Part shown: positions 44,267-55,515 of the stretch, piece after piece
Position numbering within the stretch: the stretch's first letter is position 1
Layout of the letters: every line of letters starts with the position of its first letter
Assembly: GCA_963753345.1 (NCBI GenBank)
Contig: CAVWBU010000041.1
Location: 1-64,000 of the forward strand
Reading direction: 5' to 3'
Length of the DNA: 64,000 bases
DNA from: an uncultured Fibrobacterota bacterium
GTDB lineage: Bacteria > Fibrobacterota > Chitinivibrionia > Chitinivibrionales > FEN-1185
Notes under the pieces: generated by a model
Databases searched by the model: none
Told to the model about the DNA's origin: nothing
What the model saw: the letters and a program-made list of their open reading frames with translations, nothing else
Translations under genes and position numbers: made by a program

Positions 44267-44437
44267 GGTTTTTGCTAACGTTTCATGATACCACATCGCG
44301 TGAGGTAAGAGAAGGAAAATGCGGTTTTTCTGAGAACAGATGGCAAATTGTCAATTGAGAAGGCAAGAAGTATTTCTTTCTGAGGATTCCGATTGGCGCG
44401 AGAAGAGGTAGTTGACTGAATAGAATTCTGGTGCCGC

Positions 44438-44611
44438 GCGTTTGGGGGCGACTGGAAAAATGGTCCCGCTTGAGGCGGGATGCCGCTCGGACCCGCCGCT
44501 ACCGCGGCATAGGGCCGCCGCGGCCCGAGGCCGAAGGCCGAGACCGGAAGGAGAACCGACCTCTTTTGTGAAGGCGCGTACCTGTGTGCCTTCACAAAAG
44601 AGGTAACGCCC
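44438..44611 (+). ncRNA. Structured intergenic element, copy C
   Basis: GCGTTTGG..ACTGGA, TCCCGC/GCGGGA, GAGGCCGAAGGCCGAG, CCGAC, hairpin CCTCTTTTGTGAAGGC/GCCTTCACAAAAGAGG, AACGCCCAAAATC. Confidence 0.6.
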
Positions 44612-44650
44612 AAAATCATGATACAATTCCAGAAATTACTTCCGCAATTA

Positions 44651-45664
44651 TCACCTGGGAACCACGACCTGAAGTCTCTGAACTTCCTGTCCGTTTCGAA
44701 CTTCGCACACATGCATTCCGGGAGCAGCGGCAATGGCGGCGCTGGCCCGCGTGCCGACCGTGACCCTCCCTGTCCCGCACACAACCTGCGCCTCTTTGAC
44801 GCCGGACAGCGAGAACAGGGTGAGCACGGAGCCTTGTTTTACATTTGCAATCTGCATGAGGCCGTTGCCGCACGACACAGCCCGAAGACCGCTGCGCGTT
44901 TCCCTGCCTGTCCGCTGCGGACCGGCCGCAGGCGGCTGCACGGCCGTCGCAATCGTCCCGACGCCGGTGACGCCCCAGAGCACGAGATAGCTTCCCGCGG
45001 TTTTCTTGAGAAGTTTGACGCTGGTGAGCGTCTTTGCCGAATTCGCAGTGACGCCAAATCCGTTGAGGGCGTGACCGTAGTTGTCACCCGGAGAATTCGT
45101 ATTGCTCCACTTTTGCATGGCAGAGTCGACATAGAAAACGCCGGTAGCCAGACCTTGATCATAGTCATTCAGCGTAAAAGTGGAAGTTGCCGGACCATCC
45201 GAATAGTTGAGTACGGCGTCGATTGTTGTGGATCCTTCTGAGCTTGTCAAGGCAAGGTAGATTTTCGAGTAATTTCCCTGCGGAACGGAAAAGGAGACAG
45301 AATCATTATTCTTTAGATAGTGAGTTTGAGGATCAGTGCTATCCACATTAGAGAAATTCAAAAGCATCTTTGGATGATTGGCATTAGCAGGATACAGGGC
45401 ACTGTCGGGAAGTGTGTGTCCTGTATAGTTCAGATGAACAGCAACAGCGTGCGTCACATATCCGTCCCCGCCTCCTCCACCGTCAATACCCATTGTCCAT
45501 GTATAGATTTTCCCGTTTGAAAAAGTGGAAACGGCCCGTGCGTTGAGAAGTGATTTGATATTCACCTGAACCGTATCGGCCTGTACCGCGGCCGCAAAGC
45601 CAAGCACCAGCGCGGCAGTCCAGCCCGCAACAGACATACCGCTTGAACCGTAAACATTCTTCAT
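44651..45664 (-). CDS. Secreted beta-sandwich protein with T9SS-like C-terminal domain
   Basis: GAGGGG RBS, signal peptide ending AVQA, LTLFSLSG...PGMHV...RLQVVVPR. Confidence 0.75.
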   Translation of the reverse strand: MKNVYGSSGMSVAGWTAALVLGFAAAVQADTVQVNIKSLLNARAVSTFSNGKIYTWTMGIDGGGGGDGYVTHAVAVHLNYTGHTLPDSALYPANANHPKMLLNFSNVDSTDPQTHYLKNNDSVSFSVPQGNYSKIYLALTSSEGSTTIDAVLNYSDGPATSTFTLNDYDQGLATGVFYVDSAMQKWSNTNSPGDNYGHALNGFGVTANSAKTLTSVKLLKKTAGSYLVLWGVTGVGTIATAVQPPAAGPQRTGRETRSGLRAVSCGNGLMQIANVKQGSVLTLFSLSGVKEAQVVCGTGRVTVGTRASAAIAAAPGMHVCEVRNGQEVQRLQVVVPR

Positions 45665-45841
45665 ACCGCAAACCCCCTCGTTTCGAATAGTGAAATTCTT
45701 GAGAAATCCATCACCCATAATATACCTTTTTCACGTTTTTACGCCAGATTTTTTCGCCGCAGCCCGCGGCATTGTTTTATCTTGTAAAGGCTTTATCCGT
45801 ACACAGGGCGATCTTTCATCCGGCCAAGAAAGCAAATCCGC

Positions 45842-46711
45842 ATGTGCGAACTCTGTATGAAACATGGAGCGGGCGGCAAGTGGTATCTCAATGCCGCCCA
45901 TTACGCGGATGAAATCGTTCGGAAATACAACCTGCGCGACTATCTGCTAGAGCAATACAGAAACTTCGAGCAGGTGCCGCTACGAAAAGTAAACGGGGTC
46001 AATCCGGTCGGATTCGATTACAAACTGAAAATTCCCCTTATCGGACGCCTTCTCAAGCGCATGGCCGAGCGCATGCTGCACAGCACGAGGCCTCCACGGA
46101 ATCCATTTCGAGCCGAAGGCCACATCGGGCAGGTAGTTCCCCTTGAGGATGCCACGGCAATCCTCGAATGCTGCGCTGCGGAGCCCATCATAGAAAAGAA
46201 CTGCATGTGCCGCTACATGAGCAGGGGAATCCAGGAAGCGTGCTGCATCAATTTCGGAGTGATGTCGGACATCATTTCGAAACTGCCGCGGTTTATTCCC
46301 GTTAAGGACAAGTTCTTCCTCAGCCGGAAGGAGGCCGTCGAAAAGTTCACGGCCTTTAACAACAAGGGATACATCGGTACCATCTGGTTCGGGCCTTTCC
46401 CGTATATCAACAACCTGTGTTCCTGCGCCACGCCCGAATGCGCGGGCATACGTCCCCGTCTCGACTTCGGCATCAAGTCAATTTACAAGGCGGAATACGT
46501 CGCCGATGTCCGCGCCGAAAAATGCAACGGCTGCGGCAGGTGCGCTTCGGTGTGCCAGTTCGGCGCCTTGAGCCGGGCGGGCGACGGACAAATAATGACC
46601 GTCGATTACAACAAATGCTACGGATGCGGCACGTGCAGGCATGCATGCGCGCAGGGCGCGCTGTATCTCCAGTCGCGCGACCTCTATCCGCAGATCGAGG
46701 AGAAATACTGA
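45842..46711 (+). CDS. 4Fe-4S dicluster-binding protein
   Basis: MCELCMKHG..KWYLN, CMCR, CNGCGRCASVC and CYGCGTCRHAC. Confidence 0.88.
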   Translation: MCELCMKHGAGGKWYLNAAHYADEIVRKYNLRDYLLEQYRNFEQVPLRKVNGVNPVGFDYKLKIPLIGRLLKRMAERMLHSTRPPRNPFRAEGHIGQVVPLEDATAILECCAAEPIIEKNCMCRYMSRGIQEACCINFGVMSDIISKLPRFIPVKDKFFLSRKEAVEKFTAFNNKGYIGTIWFGPFPYINNLCSCATPECAGIRPRLDFGIKSIYKAEYVADVRAEKCNGCGRCASVCQFGALSRAGDGQIMTVDYNKCYGCGTCRHACAQGALYLQSRDLYPQIEEKY

Positions 46712-46726
46712 GGAGCCGTCTTGACA

Positions 46727-46981
46727 ATGGGTAAACGGACCACCATTCGCATCGATTATTCGGTGTGCGGCGACGGCGGAAAAATAGACCCCCGTGCATG
46801 CGCCGCGTGCATGCGCGCCTGCGGGCCCGCCCTCTTTAGCCTTCACCAGACTTTCGGCGCCGTGGAAAAAGACACGTGCAATCCGCAGCACTGGAGGATA
46901 ACGCCGCTGTGGGTTTCGCTTTGCACGCGGTGCAACAAGTGCGTGGAAGCGTGCCCGGAAAAGGCCATTACGGTAAAATGA
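46727..46981 (+). CDS. Small ferredoxin
   Basis: CAACMRAC and CTRCNKCVEACP. Confidence 0.85.
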   Translation: MGKRTTIRIDYSVCGDGGKIDPRACAACMRACGPALFSLHQTFGAVEKDTCNPQHWRITPLWVSLCTRCNKCVEACPEKAITVK

Positions 46982-47988
46982 AAAGTTCTGAGATCAACCT
47001 CGTCATCGGCGGCGCAGGCATGCTCGGCCACGATATTGTCGCCCAGCTGCTTTGCAGGGGCAAACGCGTGCGCGTGCTTGACATACAGAAATTCGACGGC
47101 GACCGGGCCGAGGCAATTGCCGGCGACATCCGCGACCTGGAAACGGTGTGCAATGCCTGCAAAGGGGTCGACGCGGTCTTTCAAACCGCCGCCGCCGTGT
47201 GGGACCCTGCCCTTTCTCGGCGCGCCTACGACACCGTGAATGTGGACGGAAACCGGAACGTAATCGCGGCATGCCGGCGTCTCGGCGTGCCGAAGCTCGT
47301 GTTCACAAGCACCATGGACGTTGTGGTGCACGGCGCGAGGCCGGTGGTTTACGGAGACGAATCGCTCCCCTATCCGCCCGCCGCTCCAAAGGACCATTAT
47401 TCGCGCACGAAAATCCTGGCAGAGAAAATGATGCTTGCCGCCAACGGCCCGGACCTGGCGGTGTGCATCCTACGGCCGGCGGGCATGTACGGCCCCAGGG
47501 ACAAATACCACGTGCCGAACATCCTGAAGGCGGCGCAAGGCGGAATGAACATCCGTCTCGGCAACGGTTCCGCAAAATTCTCGCACGTGTACTCGGAAAA
47601 CGTGGCGCACGCCCACGTGCTTGCGGCCGAACGCCTTCACCCGGGCTCGCCGGTTGCGGGCCAGTGCTACTTCGTCACCGATCACGAGCCGGAAAACCTG
47701 TTCGACTTCATGGCGCCGTTCCTGCGGGAACTGGGATTCCCTCCTGCAAAGCTCCGGATTCCGTACCGGGCCGCCTACGCGCTTGCCGCCATAGCGGAGC
47801 TTGCGGCCCCGAAATCGACGTTCAGCCGTTTCTCGGTTGTCCAGACCTGCGTCGACCACACGTTCTCCCATGCCAAGGCGACCAGGGATTTCGGCTATGA
47901 GCCGATTATATCAAAGGAAGAGGCATTCAGGAGGACGGTTGCGTGGCTCAAGAAAGAATGGAACGGAAGTTCAAAGTTGAAAGTTTAA
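46978..47988 (+). CDS. Extended SDR, 3-beta-hydroxysteroid dehydrogenase/epimerase family
   Basis: IGGAGMLG, NVDG, YSRTK, RPAGMYGPRD, ENVAHAH. Confidence 0.9.
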   Translation: MKSSEINLVIGGAGMLGHDIVAQLLCRGKRVRVLDIQKFDGDRAEAIAGDIRDLETVCNACKGVDAVFQTAAAVWDPALSRRAYDTVNVDGNRNVIAACRRLGVPKLVFTSTMDVVVHGARPVVYGDESLPYPPAAPKDHYSRTKILAEKMMLAANGPDLAVCILRPAGMYGPRDKYHVPNILKAAQGGMNIRLGNGSAKFSHVYSENVAHAHVLAAERLHPGSPVAGQCYFVTDHEPENLFDFMAPFLRELGFPPAKLRIPYRAAYALAAIAELAAPKSTFSRFSVVQTCVDHTFSHAKATRDFGYEPIISKEEAFRRTVAWLKKEWNGSSKLKV

Positions 47989-48075
47989 AGTTGACGGTTA
48001 GTGGTTGACGGTTGCAACGCACTTTTCTTGTTGAGCTGCTCGTCACAGATTTCGCTGTCGGTTTTCTTGCTTTTT

Positions 48076-48224
48076 GCGTTAGGGGCGACTGGAAGTCCCG
48101 CCGTTGCGGGATTGCCGGTCGACCCCGCCGCCAGGCATAGGGGCGGACCGGCAACGAGGCGACCAGCCGAGCTGGAAGGAGAACCGACCCGCCCCCGAGG
48201 CTTGCCGAGGGGCGGGTAACGCCC
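48076..48224 (+). ncRNA. Structured intergenic element, copy D
   Basis: GCGTTAGG..ACTGGA, TCCCGC/GCGGGA, TTGCCGGTC/GACCGGCAA, GAGGC..GCCGAG, CCGAC, CCCGCCCC/GGGGCGGG, AACGCCCAAATC. Confidence 0.6.
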
Positions 48225-48255
48225 AAATCTAACCGGTTATCCTGCCCTCAATTCA

Positions 48256-48831
48256 TTACCCTGCGAACTGCTTCTCCACGAATTTCCAGTTGATAATCTT
48301 CCAGAACGCCTCGAGATAGGCCTGCCGGTTGTTGCGGTAGTCAATGTAGTATGCGTGTTCCCACACGTCGCAGACCAGCACGGGCGTCTTGCCGTCCTTC
48401 TGGGGCATGGCGGCGTTGCTCGTGTTGACAATAGAGAGCCGCTCGCCGCTTTTTACCAGCCAGGTCCAGCCGGAGCCAAAGTTGCCCACGGCCGTCGAGA
48501 CGAACAGGTCGCGCAGCCCCTCCGGCGACTTGAAGTCCCTTGCGATCGCTTCGGCGAGCGCGCCCGACGGCTGCTGCGAATCCGGGGCCATGCACTGCCA
48601 GTAGAACGAGTGGTTCCAGTGCTGCGCCGCGTTGTTGAAAATGGGGCCGCTTGCCTTTGCGCAGATCTGTTCAAGGGTCATGGATTCGAACTCGGTTCCC
48701 TTGATCAGTTTGTTGAGGTTGTTGACATATGCGTTGTGGTGCTTGCCGTAGTGGTATTCAAGGGTTTCCGGGGAAATCGCGGGCACCAGCGCCGTTTTCG
48801 CAAAAGGCAATTCTGGCAGTTTGTGTTCCAT
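48256..48831 (-). CDS. sodB: Superoxide dismutase, Fe type
   Basis: AAGGAG RBS; HYGKHH, FNNAAQHWNH, FGSGW, DVWEHAYY. Confidence 0.95.
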   Translation of the reverse strand: MEHKLPELPFAKTALVPAISPETLEYHYGKHHNAYVNNLNKLIKGTEFESMTLEQICAKASGPIFNNAAQHWNHSFYWQCMAPDSQQPSGALAEAIARDFKSPEGLRDLFVSTAVGNFGSGWTWLVKSGERLSIVNTSNAAMPQKDGKTPVLVCDVWEHAYYIDYRNNRQAYLEAFWKIINWKFVEKQFAG

Positions 48832-49168
48832 ATGGTCTCCTTGCGCGTGTGAGAAGGTTGTTGTGGAGTGGCGGCCCGGCACCTCCCTCATTATCGGTAC
48901 GCAATACCGACCCGCAACCTGGGATAATTTATAACAGAGTGAAGTAAGATTGCAAGAAGCTTGCCAAGACGGGTGCAGGCACAAGCAAGGCAGGCTATTT
49001 CGCGGACCTCCGAAGCCACGGTCGCACATGGGAAAAACATGCATGCTCGTTCTCATTTTGGGAATATGTTTTTGCAGAAAAGAGAAAGTCCGTCCGCTTG
49101 CATGATGCTTCGGCTCTGTCTCTATTTGCACCACGCTTATGAAACAAAATATGGTATATTTACACGAT

Positions 49169-50581
49169 ATGAACCACGATGTCTCCCACAACCCGGCAAG
49201 GCGCGATTTTCTCAAGACCTCGACGCTGGCCGCCGCAGGCTTGGCCGCCGCAACCACGGGCATCGGCAAAGTCTTCGGCACAACTGCCGGCTTCACGCCC
49301 GGCATGCAGATCAACCCCTCCATAGACAACCTCCGGGTGGTCGCGTGCCGCAATCCGGCCATGGAAACTTCCTCTCCCCTTTTGTGGGACACCGTCTCAC
49401 AGAACAGCGTGGTTGATCCGGCGCAGGTTTCTCTCACCTTGGACAAGATGGCCTGCGCGCTTGCGCAGGTGACGGATGTTCAAAGCGCATGGTCAACGAT
49501 ACTCCGGAAGCCCGATGCGAAATCATGGCAGGATGTGATTGCCGCGATCAAGGTCAACTGCTCCGGCAGCATGCATCCCCGGGCGGCTATTATCGACAAA
49601 GTCTGCAGAGTGCTCAACGGGTTCGGCGTTCCGTTTCCCAACATCACCCTCTACGACACCACCGACCCGGTCGTGACGTATTTCGCCGGATTCAAAGGGA
49701 CCCTGCTTCCCGCGGACATCGTGGTGAGCGGCGGGGGCGACACGTTTCCGGTCGTGGTGATGGGCGAATCGCTCAAATGCACCACGCTCATCCAGAACGC
49801 GGACATTCTTATCGATATCGCATCAAACAAGCCTCACATCGCAACGTGGGTCGGGCTCACCATGACCTGCAAGAACCACGTGGGCACCGTCAACCGCGCC
49901 CTGCCCACGGGCTCCAACTGCCCGCAGAACCTCACCCAGCTTTTCGAGATCAACAAGCACGACGCCATCATCGGCACTCCGGCCACGGGCGTCCCGTGCA
50001 GGCAGCAATTGTGCATCATCGATTCACTCTGGTCTTCCAACGTGGGCGACTGGAGCTCCCTGCCCAACTGCGCCCTGTATTACCTGGTGATGGGCACCTT
50101 CGGCCCGGCCGTGGACTACTTGACAACGAGGAAGATCCGCATCGACATGATGAAATGCACCACGCACCCGGACGCCCTGCTCAACCAGTTCATTACCTAT
50201 TTCGGGTACTCGGATGCGGAAAGGGACAACCTCACCTCGCTCACGCCCGACCAGAACGCGGGCCGCGGGTGGGTCGAAGTCCCCATCACGCGTATCGAAA
50301 ACGATCCTGCAAGCCGGCAATGGCCGGATGCCGAAACCTGCGAACTTGTCATTGGAGAAAACAGGGTGCTCAGGTTCTCCTTTCCCGCCTCCGAGCCCGT
50401 ACTGGAAGCTTCGATCTGCTCACCCGACGGAAGGCTCGTCTGCTCCCTTCGGCCTCAGGCGCCGCGGCGCTTTGTCTGGGACGGCAGCACCTCCGTTGGC
50501 GCCAAGGCCGGCCGCGGCTGGTACTATCTTCATGTGAAGGGAGCGCGCACCACAAGGTCTTTTCATTTGGCGCAGATGTAA
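49169..50581 (+). CDS. Tat-signal DUF362-like protein with T9SS/FlgD-like C-terminal domain
   Basis: ARRDFLK twin-arginine motif; AIKVNC, KPH..GLTMTCKNHVGT; ICSPDGRLV..WDG..GWYYL. Confidence 0.75.
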   Translation: MNHDVSHNPARRDFLKTSTLAAAGLAAATTGIGKVFGTTAGFTPGMQINPSIDNLRVVACRNPAMETSSPLLWDTVSQNSVVDPAQVSLTLDKMACALAQVTDVQSAWSTILRKPDAKSWQDVIAAIKVNCSGSMHPRAAIIDKVCRVLNGFGVPFPNITLYDTTDPVVTYFAGFKGTLLPADIVVSGGGDTFPVVVMGESLKCTTLIQNADILIDIASNKPHIATWVGLTMTCKNHVGTVNRALPTGSNCPQNLTQLFEINKHDAIIGTPATGVPCRQQLCIIDSLWSSNVGDWSSLPNCALYYLVMGTFGPAVDYLTTRKIRIDMMKCTTHPDALLNQFITYFGYSDAERDNLTSLTPDQNAGRGWVEVPITRIENDPASRQWPDAETCELVIGENRVLRFSFPASEPVLEASICSPDGRLVCSLRPQAPRRFVWDGSTSVGAKAGRGWYYLHVKGARTTRSFHLAQM

Positions 50582-50886
50582 ACCAACCTGGCCGTGCGTT
50601 TCCGTTTGGCCCCTTCCCCGCAGTTATGCGTTTAACTCAACAATCCCTCTTTTTCATAAAAAAAAGCAATCTCTTGCCGTTTTCGTTATATTAAAAATGT
50701 GAAGGGGGGGGCGGACTGGAATTTCTTCCGTGCCGGTGTTGCGCAATGCGACAGTGCGGCCGGAAAAAAGGTTTATTGCTTTTTGCAATTTGCTCGCATC
50801 GCCCGTTCTGTCCATTTGCCCGCGGGCATAATGTTTGCCCGCAACGCGCAGCACCCCCCCCCTTCCCGCACCACCGGATTGCTCAT

Positions 50887-53800
50887 ATGCGCGGACCGAT
50901 TCAAATCTGCAATAGTCCCTTTTGTAAAGAGCTTTCCGCTGCCGCGCTCTGGATTGTCATGGCCGCGCACGCGGCGCTGCCCGCGCGCATGTATTGGACC
51001 AGCCCGGCGGGCGGCGACACGAGGTGGAGCAACGAGGCCAACTGGAGCGCAACCAGGGCGCCGCGACCGGGCGACACCGTGGTCTTCGGCGTCAAGGGAA
51101 AGCGTCTCGCGCCCTGCAACCTCGACGCGGATGCGGCAGTTGCGGACATTTATTTTCGTGCAGCGTATACCCAAAGGTTCGATTTCGGCGGTAATGTTCT
51201 TTCGGTGACCGGCGACACCTGCGACCTCCGTTCAGGCGGGGAAATCGGCGACGGCGATAGGCGGGGCGGCATAGTGTTCGAGCCGGCGGGAACGCTCGCC
51301 TTTTTTCCCGGATCGCAAGCAATCCTCCCGAATGTCACCGTTAGGTGCATGCCCGGCGGCGCGGTGGTCTGCCGCGAATCCGGCTTCCGGGCCGATACGC
51401 TTTCCTTTGTCGCCGGGACGTTCCGCTGCGGATCAAATCTGGCGCATCAGGCGGGGGTGGTTCAGTCGAGCGGCGGCGGCCTCAGTCTTGATTCCTCGGC
51501 GCTGGCGGTGTCAGGTGCAATTGTCAATTTCGCGGGACTTGCGCCCCTCTCGTCCGCAAACGGGACCCTTGTTTTCCGCGGGGCCGCGTCCCAGCGGATT
51601 GTCTTTCCGCCCGACTCGGTCCGCATCCACTGCTTGATCCAGGACGGCGGAGGGGGAACGGTGATTTCGAAAATTCCGGGCTCGGTCCTGTACGTGGACA
51701 CCCTGACGATCCGCTCCGGTATCATGATGCTTGACGACTCGGCATCGCTCACCCTCGGCGCTTTCCAGTCTATGCACGGCGGCCTTGTGATTCCGGCTTC
51801 CGCAAGGTTCACCCTGCGCGGCAACGCCGATTTTTCCGGGCTCGACTCGCTTGGCGCGGCCGGCCCGGTGCTGTGCGCGGGCCTGCAATCGTGGGTGACT
51901 CTCACGCCGAAAATCGGGGTGCAGTTCCCGCGGGTGGAAGTAACTGCAGGCAGATTGCAGCTTGCCGGCAACGGGCTTTGGGCAGACTCCGTCCGGTGCG
52001 CCGCAGCATGCACGATTTCCCTCGGAACACGCCTCGTTCACGCCGTTCGGGCGATCTCTCTGGAGCAAGGCGCGGTTGTCAATTTTGAATCCTCGGTCCT
52101 CAGGTTCGCCGGAGGCAGACTCGACTTGTCGGGATGCGGCGGCATTCTGCCGGGAACGGGCTGCATCGAATTCAACGGTGCATCGCCCCAGGTCTTTGCG
52201 CCGGCCGCGGGAAAGATGTGTCCGTCGGTTTTTCAAAACGGAACGGGCGGAACCACGCTTTCCGGATGCGATCTTCTCGCCGGCAGTCTCGCTATCGGCG
52301 CCGGGACATTCAACCTGAACGGCTACTCTGCAGCGGTCGACACTCTCAGGGGCAATCCCGCGGGCGACAACGATTCGCTCAAGATAGGCTCCTCACCCCC
52401 GTCGGCAATAAATGCGCGGGGAAGCGTGTTTCTTGACCAGATGGCAGTTTCGGGAGACATCCGGCTCGAGCTTTCGGGTGCGAAACAGGATCTGCGGGTC
52501 CCCGGCAATTGTCATATAGTCAAGTTGACGCAATCCGGTTCCTCCCGTGCCGCGGTGAGCGCCCCCGCGGGAGCGAAGCTGGCCATCGATACGCTGTGCA
52601 TCCGCTCGGGCACGCTCGATCTCGGCGGCTCTTCGGGCCCGTTCATCGCAAATGTCCAGTCGCTGTCCGCCGGCGGCGGCGAATCAGCTTCGGCGGCTCA
52701 ATCGTGCGCTTTTCGGGCGACACGCTGGATCTCTCCCGCTGCGCGGTGCCGTCTTCGCAGCAGGACGGCGGCATCGAGTTCTGCGGAGCCAGACCCCAGG
52801 TATTCATACCGGCGCCGGGCGCAGTCTATCCGGCCATTATTGCAAGCGGGCCCGGCCCCACAACCGTTTCGGGATCTGGTTTTTCGTGCGCAAGGCTTTC
52901 GGTTGCCTCGGGCGGCACGCTGTTGCTCGGCACCGCGCTCACCCACGCCGTTTCCTCGCGAATCCAGATCGTTGGAACGATTGATTTCGGCACCTCAACG
53001 TTGTCGGTCGCGGCCGATTCCGTGGACCTGTCGGCCGCCGCATCTCTTGTTCCGGGCAACGGCACATTGTCGTTTACCGGCGCGAACGGCACGCAGATCT
53101 TCGTGCCAAAGGCCGGCGCGCTGAACCCGAACATCATCAAGCCGCGCAGCGGAACCGTTGTCCTGGGCGGGCCGTGCGCAGCCAAGAAATTATGGATTGC
53201 GGACGGCACCTTCGACTGCGGCAATTACAAATGCGAACTCACGGGATTCTCCGCGATCGGCGGCTCGCTTGCGGTCGGTTCGGACAGTCTCATCGTCTCC
53301 GGCAACGCCCTGTTCGCCGGTCTCACGGCAGTTTCCGCCGCTGCCGCGCCTATTGTGGTGAGGACCTCTTCCGCCTCACCCGTCTCGGTTTTCTCCACGG
53401 GCGACAGGGAAATAGGCAACCTCGTTCTGCTGGCCGCCGGTGCGGGAGGGCCGGCGCGCATCATTGCCGCACCCGGGACCCACCGCGTGAGCCAATGCAC
53501 CTTCGCGTGGAGCAGGTCCCAGGACAGCGCCGTCTTCGATTTCCGCCAGAACAACGCCTCCCTTTCCGTAAGCGATTCCGCGGGGGTCCTCATCCGGGGT
53601 GCGGGAATTGACAAGGGACGCATTTACATGGGCAACGGCACGTGGACCTTTACGGGCAGCTTCGCGCTCGCAGACTACGAGCGCGACGGTTCGAAGATTG
53701 TTTTCACGGCCGACACGGGAATTCAGACCCTTTCGGCGCCGCTTCCGCTCGGCGACGTGACGCATTCCGGAGCGGGCAGGCTGCAGCTTCTCTCAAATGT

Positions 53801-55355
53801 CAAATGCCGTTCCTTCTCACAGACGGCGGGCATTCTCGATTTCAACGGGTACGCGGTTTCTTCGGAAGGCGACATCTCGGTTGCAAACGGGTCCGACTCT
53901 TCGATAGCGCCGTCCCCCCGCGGATGGAAGATGGAAACCCTCGGCTCCGCTTCGCTCAGCGGCGGCATAAGGAATTACCTCACCATTGCAAGCGCCGCGC
54001 AATGCACCCTGAGTGCGGCAGTCTCCCTCCGGGCCCGTTATGCGGTCCTCAAAAACTGCAGGGCGCTCCTGCAGAAAGGGACCGCGAGCAAATGCATCGA
54101 CAGCCTCGGCAACAGCAATTGGCTCTTTTCAAACAGGCCGGCGCCGCCTTCCGGGCTTTATGTGCGGCGGGGAAACGGCGCCGTTTCCCTTCTATGGAAC
54201 CGGAGCCCCGCTGCCGATGCGGTGCGTTACTTGGTTTATGCGGGAACAAGCGCTGCGGCCCTTTCGAAACGCGACTCCACCGACTCGCCTCAGGACTCGG
54301 CGCGGACAATCGCCAATTTGACAAATGGGCATTCGTACTATTTCTCCGTTACCGTGCTCGACAGCACCGGTTGCGAAAGCGATTTCTCGGGCCAGGTTTC
54401 GGCCATTCCCGATTCGGGATTGCTGGAAATCAGCGCGGGCCGCGTCTCATTCGGAAGAGTTACCGTCGGCACGGTGGACGACACCGCCATTTCGCTGTTT
54501 AACGGCTGCACCGACACGGTGGTTATAGCTTCCATAAAAGCAAGCTCCGCGGCCTTTGCCTGCAGCCTCACCTCGTGGCGGATTCCTCCCCGGCAGTCGG
54601 TGTCGGACACCCTGACGTTCAGACCGCTTCGGCAGGGGACGGATTCGGCAGTTATCGTGATTCGCAGCAATGCGATGTCGAGCCCCGACACCATCCGCGT
54701 GTCGGGCACGGGAACCGCCCCACGGCTGTGCGCCGTGCCGGATTCGGCCCTTTTCGACGTTCCCGGACCGGCCGCAACGGCCTTCATCCGCGTCATCGTG
54801 GTAAAAAACACTGGAAACGACACCCTCAGAATATCCCAGATCACCCGGCTGGTTACGGACGATTATATTTCGGACAGCCTGTTTACGCTGTCGCAGATCC
54901 GGGATCTTGCCCCCGGGGATTCATGCTTCGACACCGTGCGATTTTCTCCCGGGAAAGCCGGCACCTATGCGGCGAAGTTCCTTGTCAAGAGCAATTGCAC
55001 GACCCCGTCCGACACCATCTTCGTGACCGGAAAATGCGGGGCGGCCGCAGCACAACCGGCGCCGGCGCCGGTCCCCAGGGATTTTGCGTTCCAGGAGGCC
55101 TCGGTTGAGGGCCGTACGGTTGTCTTCAGGTACGCGCTTCCCGTTGCTTCCCGGGTGACGCTTGACATTTACAACGCGATCGGAAGGTTCCTCGAACGGC
55201 CGCTGGAAAGCGAGCAGAGTCCGCATGAATGCCAGTTCTCATGGGACGGCTCGCATGTGTCACGAGGGATTTACTTCTGCAAGTTCAAGGCGGCGGATTC
55301 GGACGACGCGGACCCCAAGTTCATGAAGACGATCCGCATCGTTTTCTCCAAATAG
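50887..55355 (+). CDS. Large secreted protein: beta-helix-like repeats, Fn3, ASH/Ig-like domains, T9SS-like C-terminal domain; frameshift near 52681
   Basis: YW..GGD..WSNEANWS start; repeated LDLS..GGIEF.GA.PQVF.P; frames join as SAGGG / ISFGGS; Fn3 PAPPSGL..WN..LTNGHSYYF; IYNAIGR..WDG..GIYF; start uncertain. Confidence 0.75.
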
Positions 55356-55515
55356 CGCGCATAGCGCGCACAAAAAACACCCTCCGTACCGGCAGGAAAA
55401 AAAGATCCGCCGCATGCGTGCCCGGTCTGCTTGTGAGGGGGGGCAGTTAACCGGACAATCGCACACGGCGGACTGTTCTCTTTATGGCCCCGAACAAACC
55501 CGCGCGCACCGACGC

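Noticed and set aside
48832-49446. 205-aa N-terminal extension of SodB in the ORF track
   Set aside because: A good RBS precedes ATG 48831, and the extension overlaps the DUF362-like gene on the other strand.
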